Source of the DNA: a virus
Lineage: Duplodnaviria; Caudoviricetes
Strand: one strand, 5' to 3'
Length of the DNA: 25,481 nt
IMG/VR virus record: IMGVR_UViG_3300051213_000067
Span: 1-25,481 of that record
Shown here: in pieces, positions 6,613 through 14,390 of the stretch
Layout: each line of letters opens with the position of its first letter
Position numbering within the stretch: position 1 is the first letter of the stretch
Notes under the pieces: model-generated
What the model was told of the DNA's origin: nothing
Seen by the model: the letters and a program-made list of their open reading frames with translations, nothing else
Database searches by the model: none
Program-made: the position numbers and the translations under genes

Positions 6613-6847
6613 GGATTTCGCGTGTTGTTCCGGCGACCACCACATTGGCTTTATCGCGCTGCTCTTCATAAGTCGTGGAAATCTCATCGATCTTCCCCTG
6701 CATCTCTTTACGCTGCTTCTCAGCCTTCTCTAGCGCAGCAGCATATGCAGCATCACACTGCCAGTCCTTTACTTTCCATCCGGCGGCGATGCCAATAACA
6801 AGAGCGCCTGCCGCCACATAGCCAAAGAACGGATTAATCGGCCCCAT
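6488..6847 (-). CDS. Rz-like inner-membrane spanin
   Basis: N-terminal TM (YVAAGALVIGIAAGWKV), coiled coil, C-terminal Cys. ATG at 6847. Confidence 0.85.
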   Translation of the reverse strand: MGPINPFFGYVAAGALVIGIAAGWKVKDWQCDAAYAAALEKAEKQRKEMQGKIDEISTTYEEQRDKANVVVAGTTREIREIYKTIPAVPVDCAADVRVVRLLEGSVGNANSAASGKPIK

Positions 6848-6848
6848 T

Positions 6849-7349
6849 TCAAATGTGCCTCCAGTTACGCCTGTTACAAATGTCTGAAATCGCCTGATGG
6901 GTAACGTTATACATACGGGCCATATCAATTACCTTTGCACCAGATTTCCTCAGCTCTCTTATCTTTAGCACATCAGAAGAGTTAAGTATTGCCTGACCGT
7001 TCTTTTCTCCAATAGTGGCTGTGCCGTGCCTCTTTGCATCTTTCATGTTTTCAGAACGAGATGCCCATCTCAGATTTTCTATCCTGTTATCGCTCCTAAT
7101 GCCATTCCAATGACAGCAATCTAATTTTTCAGATGGCATTCCTACAAATGTTTCTAGAACAAGGCGGTGTATTGCCACCTTTCTTTTCTTAGAGCCTGAT
7201 GTCAGGCAAACCTTCTTATACCCATTGCTATCAAATGGCTTTAAAATCCTTCCGGTCACAGCCCCTTGGGATGCTACAACTCTTTTAACACGCCCTAAGT
7301 TTGACACTTGATATTCAGGAAACTCAAGTATTGTCTTCCATTCTTCCAT
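6849..7349 (-). CDS. NUMOD4-HNH homing endonuclease with C-terminal HTH
   Basis: EEWK.I..F..YQVSNLGRVK (NUMOD4); HRLV..F....CCH.NG.R.DN...NL.W....EN (HNH). AT-rich. Confidence 0.92.
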   Translation of the reverse strand: MEEWKTILEFPEYQVSNLGRVKRVVASQGAVTGRILKPFDSNGYKKVCLTSGSKKRKVAIHRLVLETFVGMPSEKLDCCHWNGIRSDNRIENLRWASRSENMKDAKRHGTATIGEKNGQAILNSSDVLKIRELRKSGAKVIDMARMYNVTHQAISDICNRRNWRHI

Positions 7350-7572
7350 TGGGATCGTCCTGCTTAAGTTTCTCCCATGTTCGCACAGCAAACGCGGTAG
7401 AGCAAGCAGTAATTACAGCGGCCCATCCCATTAAATCTAAACTTTCCTGCTTCCATAGAGGTAAAACAACCCCATGAATGACAACGCCTCCAGCTATACC
7501 TATGCAGGCAACTGGCCGCCACCAGACCCGGATGCGCTCAAGAATCCCTTTTTCCACATCTGCCATACTCAT
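7324..7572 (-). CDS. Putative holin (2 TM)
   Basis: WRP motif, two hydrophobic segments, then RTWEK. Directly downstream of the endolysin. Confidence 0.75.
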   Translation of the reverse strand: MSMADVEKGILERIRVWWRPVACIGIAGGVVIHGVVLPLWKQESLDLMGWAAVITACSTAFAVRTWEKLKQDDPNGRMEDNT

Positions 7573-7997
7573 GAGTAAAATGCCTCTGGAAGCTCGTAAT
7601 GCGGTCCGTCAGGGAACTTCTTATGCAGCACACCCATGTTGATCTGTGGTGTATCCTGAAGAAGTCGCCATGTTCCGCCCCAGCGAATCTTTACGTCCTC
7701 AATCTCTGCCGCCTGCTTCATCGCCTGCGCGATTGGGAGGAAAAGCGGCCAGTCCCAACGTACCTGACCAGCCACATACGGAGCGATGTCAATTGCGTGT
7801 CCGCTAATGTGTCGGGAACGCATCGTTTTCGACGCTCCCTTTGCGACAAGCTCTTTTTGTCGAGCAACTGAACGCAGTCCTTCGATGACGGTGAAATCAA
7901 CGGATGAAATGGAAATGGCCCGCTTGACTACGCGAACCAAGTCCGGGTGGACTCCGCGTAGATTTAAAAGTGAACGTGGCCCTAATTTGAACGGCAT
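7569..7997 (-). CDS. Endolysin, M15 L-Ala-D-Glu peptidase type
   Basis: L.GVHPDLV.VV, EGLRS..RQ..L...G.S.T..SRH..GHAID, WGG.W, D.PHYEL. Confidence 0.93.
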   Translation of the reverse strand: MPFKLGPRSLLNLRGVHPDLVRVVKRAISISSVDFTVIEGLRSVARQKELVAKGASKTMRSRHISGHAIDIAPYVAGQVRWDWPLFLPIAQAMKQAAEIEDVKIRWGGTWRLLQDTPQINMGVLHKKFPDGPHYELPEAFYS

Positions 7998-8212
7998 TAG
8001 CGGTCTGCTTTGTTATCCAGCTTATCTTCGATCCGGCGGAGGTGCATCATGACCTCATCGAACTTCTTGTCAATAGCGCCGAATTTCTCGTCACCAAATT
8101 CAATGCGGGCTTCCAGCAATGTCAGCCGGGTATTAAGACTTACCCAAACGCCGATAAGGCCACCGATAAAGCCAAGAACGGTCAGAATAGTATCAAAATC
8201 GATTCCGGCCAT
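7997..8212 (-). CDS. Small membrane protein (TM plus coiled coil), lysis-associated
   Basis: One N-terminal TM, heptad tail ending RIEDKLDNKADR; abuts the endolysin. Confidence 0.7.
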   Translation of the reverse strand: MAGIDFDTILTVLGFIGGLIGVWVSLNTRLTLLEARIEFGDEKFGAIDKKFDEVMMHLRRIEDKLDNKADR

Positions 8213-9257
8213 TTTCCATCAACTCCAGATTCGCTATGAGGCGTTGGTCATCTGGCTCTAGCTGTACAGCATTTTTAGCATGAATAATAGCGTCTTCGTA
8301 CAGCCCAAGATTATACGCTGCTATAGCTGCTAAATCATGTAATTTAGCACCCCAGACTGAAGGGTCACAGGTATAGACCAAAGCCTTATTTTTGATCTGA
8401 AGGCCGGACAGGGCAGCGTAATATGATGTGTGCCAATCGCTAAGGCGATACGCCTGCATAGCTAGATCAGCCCAAGGCTCACGGGTATTTGGTGCTTCAG
8501 CAGTTGCTCTACGGAACCACTGCATAGCCTCCCATGTATCTCCGCGCTCTGCATAGCTCTGCCCTAGCAGCCGCATCGCATAACAGCGTTCATTGGGCCA
8601 AGTGGCTCCCGGCATATAAAGGTAGCTATGCAGTGCCTGTATGGCCTCATCCCAGAGCCTGTAGAACGTCAATTCGCGGGCGAAGTAGAACGCATTGCGC
8701 GGACAGGCAGGGTCTTCCTTAACAGCCAGCCGAAGAAGGTCCAGATATTGACCACGGCTCTTCTCAGGGTCTGGAAGATGACGCACTAGCAGCTTGTCAG
8801 TATGAGCGTAGACCTCAGTGATCCGGCCATCAGGAACAGGATATTCATGAACAGGGTGATGGAAGCGATACCCGCTTTTCGCGAATATCTTCTCATAGTA
8901 GAAAGTAATATCGCAGCCCCAGTCGAAGAGATACCGAAGCCGCGTAGTCTCTGGCTTCCAGACCCGCTCGATCTCCTCACGCCAACCCGGCTCAAGAACT
9001 TCGTCTAGGTCTAGACTTATAATTACATCCACATCGGCTGGGACTAATGCCAAAGCGGCATTTCTGGCAACATCAAACCTCCACGGTTTTACGCTGATGT
9101 CATAGACTTTAGCTCCGCACTTACGGGCTAACTTAGCAGTTCCGTCATCGCTTCCAGTATCTGCTATAATAACGTAATCAGCATCTGCGCATGATGCCAT
9201 GAATCGCTCAACGAATGCGACTTCGTTCTTTGAAATTGCGCTAACAGCGATTTTCAT
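8193..9257 (-). CDS. GT2 (GT-A fold) glycosyltransferase with C-terminal TPR repeats
   Basis: I.KNE, DTGS.D.T, W.FD.ARN, SLDLDE (DXD), VHE, then TPR-like helices (R.AFYFARE, A..W...A..E.P..RE). Confidence 0.92.
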   Translation of the reverse strand: MKIAVSAISKNEVAFVERFMASCADADYVIIADTGSDDGTAKLARKCGAKVYDISVKPWRFDVARNAALALVPADVDVIISLDLDEVLEPGWREEIERVWKPETTRLRYLFDWGCDITFYYEKIFAKSGYRFHHPVHEYPVPDGRITEVYAHTDKLLVRHLPDPEKSRGQYLDLLRLAVKEDPACPRNAFYFARELTFYRLWDEAIQALHSYLYMPGATWPNERCYAMRLLGQSYAERGDTWEAMQWFRRATAEAPNTREPWADLAMQAYRLSDWHTSYYAALSGLQIKNKALVYTCDPSVWGAKLHDLAAIAAYNLGLYEDAIIHAKNAVQLEPDDQRLIANLELMENGRNRF

Positions 9258-9741
9258 GACCACCCCTTACCCATTTGCCAAAATACTTTTTCTCTGCTGA
9301 CTTCCTAGCGATCACAGCATCCTCAAAATCCATATATCGACCCAAATTAATCATCTTAAAATTGACGCGAATATAGGCTCTCCATTTTTGCGTCTGCCTA
9401 TCAAACGCAACGCCAGTTACGCCAGTTTTATTATTAATGCTTAATTTGAGGTTTTTGCCATTTTGGCTATTTGTGGCCTCTCTTAAATTAACAATTCGGT
9501 TATCGGATTTATCACCATTGATATGATCAATCTGATCCTTAGGCCACTTTCCGTAATATAATAGCCAAGCAATCCTATGAGCCATATGACGTTTTCCGCC
9601 ATAGCAGATGCCTATATAGCCGGACCTTAATACGGTTCCTGCTGGCTTCTTTTTTATGCGACCCTTCCCCTTAGCCACCCAGTATATATGGCCAGAGGTA
9701 TGATCGTATCTAAATGATGTGGATATATCTTCTGTATTCAT
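9241..9741 (-). CDS. HNH homing endonuclease with C-terminal AP2 domain
   Basis: AHRIAW...G..P...IDHING...DNR..NLR.AT..QN and N.TGV.GV......KW.A.I......LG.Y....A..AR..AE. AT-rich. Confidence 0.93.
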   Translation of the reverse strand: MNTEDISTSFRYDHTSGHIYWVAKGKGRIKKKPAGTVLRSGYIGICYGGKRHMAHRIAWLLYYGKWPKDQIDHINGDKSDNRIVNLREATNSQNGKNLKLSINNKTGVTGVAFDRQTQKWRAYIRVNFKMINLGRYMDFEDAVIARKSAEKKYFGKWVRGGHENRC

Positions 9742-9790
9742 GTACTGATGTTGCCATATATGTGGCAAATGTCAATACATGAATATCAGA
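9731..9790. promoter_or_regulatory. Long imperfect inverted repeat covering the HNH-AP2 start codon
   Basis: TATTCATGTA/TACATGAATA outer arms and TTGCCA/TGGCAA inner arms; contains a minus-strand TTGACA. Confidence 0.7.
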
Positions 9791-9819
9791 AACTTGGCCC
9801 CCTTTAAGCCAATGAACCG

Positions 9820-10062
9820 TTAATGGTTACTTAGGTAGTTTGTCCCATCAACGATAGCTTTGTCAACGTCGGTAAAGCTCTCTGTCGTCCAGAAATCCTT
9901 AGCCCGCATGATCTCAAGGTGACGGACATTGCGATCTACGCAATCATGCTTGTCCTCTTCCGCGATATTCCCATCACCGGCAATAATAGCATTAATCAGA
10001 GAAACGCTATCGCCCATAGCCTTATAATGCTGCGCAATTTGTTCTGATGTTTGCTCTTCCAT
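9820..10062 (-). CDS. Hypothetical acidic protein, possible fibre accessory
   Basis: Starts 1 nt after the fibre stop; SD GGTGAAG. Confidence 0.75.
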   Translation of the reverse strand: MEEQTSEQIAQHYKAMGDSVSLINAIIAGDGNIAEEDKHDCVDRNVRHLEIMRAKDFWTTESFTDVDKAIVDGTNYLSNH

Positions 10063-10063
10063 C

Positions 10064-13000
10064 TCACTTCACCTTTGCTTCAAGTTCGGCAACTTTGGCC
10101 GAAAGTTCCTGAATCGCCTTTACAAGCACCGGCAATAGCTTGCCGTAACCAGCCTCCAGTCGCTCTGGATTATCTTCATATACAAGACCGGGAATGGTGA
10201 CACCAGTTTGCTCTTGGACTGCCTTTAGGTCTTGCGCGATAAAGCCTGTATCAGGCTCGCCAACCTTGCCACCATCGCGCATATTCCATGTGAACTCCAC
10301 AGGGTTAAGGGCGTTAATGAAGCCAAGCCCAGCGGCCAGAGGCTGAATATCAGTTTTATCACGCACATCCGACAAGGCTGTGATCGTAGTGACTTGGCAG
10401 CGCAATGTTGTGATGCTGGAATTACCAAGTGTGATTTGATTATTAACGGAACTTGTGGTTGGTGTCGCATAACGACCAATAATAATGTTATTAGAGCCTG
10501 TAGTCAGATCAGCCCCAGATGAAAGTCGAACACCAGCTCCAGAACCAATTAGAGTGTTATAAGCACCAGTAGTTACTAACCCGCCAGCGTTATCTCCAAT
10601 GAACGTATTTTCATCTCCTGTGGTTAATCCACCACCAGCATATGTTCCAACGCCTACATTCTGATATGCACCATTTAAATTAGAGAGAGAATAATAACCT
10701 ATTGCGACTGTATAGTAATGATTTGCCGAAGATGCTGAAAGTGTACCAATCGCCGTGTTGTAGCCTCCAATTGTATTGCCATTAAGAGCCAAATAACCAA
10801 TTGCAGTATTATCAGCGCCGGACGTATTAGCCAATCCAGCCTGATATCCAATGAAGGAGTTGTTAACGCCAGTGTTAGCATTTCCTGCTTGGTAGCCAAG
10901 TGACGTTTCAAACGGAGTGGCGTTATCAGTATCGCCAAGCAAAGATCCGCCACCTCCTGATGGTGTTTGCAGGACAATCTTGCTGCCATCAAACGTCAGA
11001 ACATCGCCGGTTGTTTTACCAGCCTGAAGGCCGGGAATGCGCAGAGATGTGATGCTGGCATTGCCGAGCGTGATTTCATTGCTGACGGTAGCAGCAGAAG
11101 CGGCTGCGTTGTAACCGATAATGATATTATTGGTACCAGTCGTCAGGTTGTTAGTTCCCGAATAACCAGCATTGCTACCTACCAGCGTATTTTGTTGACC
11201 AGTGGAAACAGCGCGACCAGCCTGATAGCCAATTGCGCTATTATCGCTGACACTGGTTGTCGCCAAGGCCAAATAGCCAACCCCAGTATTATTCGATCCA
11301 GTGCTATTTGCCAGCAACGAACTGCGGCCAATCGCCATGTTGTAGTTGCCGGTTGTGTTGCCATTGCCAGCCGAAACGCCAAGAGCTGTATTGCCAGCGC
11401 CAGTCGTGTTCAGATTCAGCGCAGAGCGGCCAATCGCTACGTTATCAGTGCCGGTGGTGTTCGAATAGGCGGCAGAGTGACCAAACGCAGTATTGCCAGT
11501 TGCTGTATTAGAATACAGCGCCCAGAAGCCCATAGCGGTATTCTGGTTGGCAGTCGTGATCTCTTGCAGTGCCTCAGAGCCTACAGCCGTGTTCTCATAG
11601 CCAGTTGTGGTCGAATCACCAGCCTTGAAGCCGACAAATACGTTATCAGTGCCAGAGGTGTTGGCGAATCCAGCCTGATAACCAATGAACGAGTTGCGGA
11701 CACCTGTGTTCACGTTACCGGCTTGGTAGCCAAGGCTTGTCTCAAACGGAGATGCGGTATCCGTATCACCCTCAAGGGACGCACCAGCGGTAGACGCAAT
11801 TGTTACTGCGCCATCAGCGTTGGTAATGGTGATGTTCGAGCCAGCAGTTAGCAGCGCATCTTTCCAGAGGCTGTTCGTGGCATCGTAAATCAGCATTGAA
11901 CCAGCGGCAGGACTTGTGATCTGCACATCGTGAATCTCATCAAGCTCATAGCCGTTCTGCACCTTCACGAAGATGCGGCCAGATGTAGAGCTTACCGAGA
12001 TTACGTTAGCGACATACACCATATGCTCTGGAGCAACTGGTTTGGTCGTCTGGAATGCTCCAGCAGTCGTGCTGGAAAGATAGAGCGTCTGACCAACGCT
12101 ATATGTGGACGTATCAATGCCCTGTACAATGCCATACTCTACGACAATGCCTTCCGCTCCGTTAGCGATGGCTTCAGCAGCCACACCAAACGTGCGGGCA
12201 GATGTCGCATCAGCATTCGCACGGGCAAGAGTGACAGAAGGACGCTGCCCCTGTCCACCAGAGATATAGACGACAGACCCTTTGGCAATCGTGCTACCAG
12301 TGCCGTTGTAGCACATCTGATAGATCATCTCGCCAAGCGGCATATTGACGTTGCCACCCTTCAGGCCAAGGACAAGCGTACCTTCGCCATCATCCCAGCC
12401 GAGTTTGGCTACAGCCGTTCCAGTTGCATTAGTCGTGTCAAATTGGATGTAATCAGGTGTCGAAATGGAATCGATGCCAGTCACATTGCCAGTCGGAGTA
12501 GCGCCCGTAGGGCCAGTCGGGCCGGTGGAGCCGTTCGCGCCAGTTGGGCCAGTGGGACCGGCAACGCCTTGCGGACCTGTGGGGCCAGTGGCTCCCGTAT
12601 CTCCCGTGGCCCCTGTAGGACCAGTGGGGCCAGCCACACCCTGTGGGCCGGTGTCACCCGTTGAGCCTGTTGGGCCGGTAGGACCAGCTACACCTTGTGT
12701 ACCCTGTGGGCCGGTTGGCCCAGCAGCGCCAGTTGCACCAGTGTCACCTGTGGGGCCAGTCGGGCCTACTGCACCAGCCGTACCTTGTGGACCTGTAGGG
12801 CCAGTGATTCCTGCCGCGCCAGTCGGGCCTGTCGGGCCGATAGCGGCAAGAAGACCAGCGTCATCCCATACACTACCATCCCAAATGTAGAGATGGCCGT
12901 CAGCTTCAACTGCATACGCATCACCAATGGTATTACCAGATGAAGGCAATGCAGCAGTTGTGGCGACGCTACCCTTATAGTTAATCCCGCCACCTTGAGG

Positions 13001-13855
13001 GCCAGTCGCGCCTGTCGGTCCCGTCGGTCCAGCAACCGTAGAAGCAGCGCCTGTCGGACCTGTCGGGCCTACGTCACCATTAGCGCCTGTTGGCCCTGTG
13101 GGACCCGCAACGGTAGAGGCTGCTCCCGTTGGGCCGGTCGGGCCAGTATCGCCCGCAATACCCTGTGGTCCAGTCGGGCCAGCGACTGTCGACGCAGCAC
13201 CTGTGGGGCCGGTTGGGCCAGCAGTGCCAGCCACACCCTGCGGACCTGTCGGGCCAGTAGCACCAACGCTTCCAGCAGGACCAGTGGGGCCAGCGACAGT
13301 GGATGCAGCACCAGTTGGACCAGTCGCGCCGATAGCGCCAGTTGGACCAGTCGGACCAATAGCGGCAACTAATCCAGCATCATCCCATGCTGCGCCATCC
13401 CAGATATACAGATGGCTATCAGCTTCGACAACGTAAGCATCGCCAACCGTGTTGCCGGAGCCGGGAAGATTGGCAACGGCAGCAACAGTGCCTTTATAAT
13501 TAATACCGCCGCCCTGTGGACCTGTAGCGCCTGTAGGGCCAGTTGGCCCAGCTACATTAGACGCAGCACCTGTTGGCCCAGTGGGTCCAGATGCGCCAGT
13601 CAAACCTGTAGCACCAGTCGGTCCCGTAGCGCCGGTAGCACCAACAGAACCCGTCGGGCCTGTCGGACCAGCCGCTCCTGTCAAACCCGTAGCGCCAGTG
13701 GGGCCTGTGATGCCAGTTGCCCCCTGCGGGCCGGTGGGACCAGCTACACCCGTAGCGCCAGTGGGGCCGGTAGGACCAATAGGGCCAACGGAGCCGCCAA
13801 CCTGAACTTCTACGACATTAGTTACAGTGTTTTCTGTGACGACTACGTTTGTCAT
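10064..13855 (-). CDS. Collagen-like trimeric fibre protein with C-terminal intramolecular chaperone (peptidase S74)
   Basis: Three Gly-X-Thr collagen tracts, YadA-like N.A.G..A repeats, and SDVRDK...GFIAQ...L...L.KAIQEL. ATG at 13855 overlaps the upstream TGA. Confidence 0.92.
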   Translation of the reverse strand: MTNVVVTENTVTNVVEVQVGGSVGPIGPTGPTGATGVAGPTGPQGATGITGPTGATGLTGAAGPTGPTGSVGATGATGPTGATGLTGASGPTGPTGAASNVAGPTGPTGATGPQGGGINYKGTVAAVANLPGSGNTVGDAYVVEADSHLYIWDGAAWDDAGLVAAIGPTGPTGAIGATGPTGAASTVAGPTGPAGSVGATGPTGPQGVAGTAGPTGPTGAASTVAGPTGPQGIAGDTGPTGPTGAASTVAGPTGPTGANGDVGPTGPTGAASTVAGPTGPTGATGPQGGGINYKGSVATTAALPSSGNTIGDAYAVEADGHLYIWDGSVWDDAGLLAAIGPTGPTGAAGITGPTGPQGTAGAVGPTGPTGDTGATGAAGPTGPQGTQGVAGPTGPTGSTGDTGPQGVAGPTGPTGATGDTGATGPTGPQGVAGPTGPTGANGSTGPTGPTGATPTGNVTGIDSISTPDYIQFDTTNATGTAVAKLGWDDGEGTLVLGLKGGNVNMPLGEMIYQMCYNGTGSTIAKGSVVYISGGQGQRPSVTLARANADATSARTFGVAAEAIANGAEGIVVEYGIVQGIDTSTYSVGQTLYLSSTTAGAFQTTKPVAPEHMVYVANVISVSSTSGRIFVKVQNGYELDEIHDVQITSPAAGSMLIYDATNSLWKDALLTAGSNITITNADGAVTIASTAGASLEGDTDTASPFETSLGYQAGNVNTGVRNSFIGYQAGFANTSGTDNVFVGFKAGDSTTTGYENTAVGSEALQEITTANQNTAMGFWALYSNTATGNTAFGHSAAYSNTTGTDNVAIGRSALNLNTTGAGNTALGVSAGNGNTTGNYNMAIGRSSLLANSTGSNNTGVGYLALATTSVSDNSAIGYQAGRAVSTGQQNTLVGSNAGYSGTNNLTTGTNNIIIGYNAAASAATVSNEITLGNASITSLRIPGLQAGKTTGDVLTFDGSKIVLQTPSGGGGSLLGDTDNATPFETSLGYQAGNANTGVNNSFIGYQAGLANTSGADNTAIGYLALNGNTIGGYNTAIGTLSASSANHYYTVAIGYYSLSNLNGAYQNVGVGTYAGGGLTTGDENTFIGDNAGGLVTTGAYNTLIGSGAGVRLSSGADLTTGSNNIIIGRYATPTTSSVNNQITLGNSSITTLRCQVTTITALSDVRDKTDIQPLAAGLGFINALNPVEFTWNMRDGGKVGEPDTGFIAQDLKAVQEQTGVTIPGLVYEDNPERLEAGYGKLLPVLVKAIQELSAKVAELEAKVK
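12485..13790 (-). repeat. 9-bp-periodic collagen (GPT/GAT) repeats with two copies of a ~52-aa inserted module
   Basis: Recurring GPTGPTG and [42 protein letters not shown] occurs at ~13514-13358 and ~12994-12840. Confidence 0.9.
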
Positions 13856-14187
13856 TCGGTATATCCAATTTCCAGAATTGCTTGACCGCGCACCCAATAA
13901 TCCGAAGTTCCGCCGGGATTAGTGACAAGAATGTCCCAATATCCACTCTGCGGAATCGTATGCGTCTGAGCGGCAGTCAAGGAGATGACAAATTCACCTT
14001 CGTTTTGGGTGAGCCAAGCAACGGTGAAGTCAGCGTACTTAGAACGCTTCCCTTCTTCCCAAACTTCGGCTGTGATCGAATAGCCGGTCATGTCCAAGGG
14101 ATCGCCATTAGCGTCCTTAAACTGGAAGGACTGACTAAATGTCGCACCTTGCTGGATAGTAATATCGTAAGTTCCCGGCTGGATCAT
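13852..14187 (-). CDS. BppU-N-like beta-sandwich tail/fibre adaptor
   Basis: YDITI.QGATF...F...D..G.P.D.TGY...A......G...ISL....T......WD pattern typical of genes before fibre genes. Confidence 0.6.
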   Translation of the reverse strand: MIQPGTYDITIQQGATFSQSFQFKDANGDPLDMTGYSITAEVWEEGKRSKYADFTVAWLTQNEGEFVISLTAAQTHTIPQSGYWDILVTNPGGTSDYWVRGQAILEIGYTE

Positions 14188-14210
14188 CGCTCACCTCTTA
14201 ATGCCGTATA

Positions 14211-14390
14211 TCATCCGATAGGGATTATATCTAGCGTATTAAGGTCCACTTTGTACTCAGCATCATTGACGAACTCATGAGCCATCCATGCCTCATTCTC
14301 GCCACACTGGATGCCAATGTCCTCTGGAGCGCACTGGATGTTGACGCGGATGTCGCCATCGATTGTGCTATAAACGATGTAATTATTCAT
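14211..14390 (-). CDS. Small hypothetical tail-associated protein
   Basis: Start overlaps the tail-tip stop; SD GGAG. Confidence 0.6.
   Translation of the reverse strand: MNNYIVYSTIDGDIRVNIQCAPEDIGIQCGENEAWMAHEFVNDAEYKVDLNTLDIIPIG

Noticed and set aside
6849-9790. HNH genes as group I intron or intein cargo
   Set aside because: Flanking genes are intact and there is no non-coding space for a ribozyme core. Both HNH genes are free-standing.
10400-11780. Fibre duplications as a DGR template/variable repeat pair
   Set aside because: In the part compared, differences are mostly synonymous third positions and not adenine-specific. Both copies are in-frame coding, and there is no reverse transcriptase in the window.
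12485-13790. Repeat array as a CRISPR array
   Set aside because: The repeats are degenerate codon triplets inside an ORF, with no constant repeat-spacer structure.
10967-13885. Many + strand and alternate-frame ORFs over the fibre, including (GPV)n proteins
   Set aside because: They are by-products of the 9-bp GC-rich collagen periodicity and of Gly/Thr/Asn codon use.
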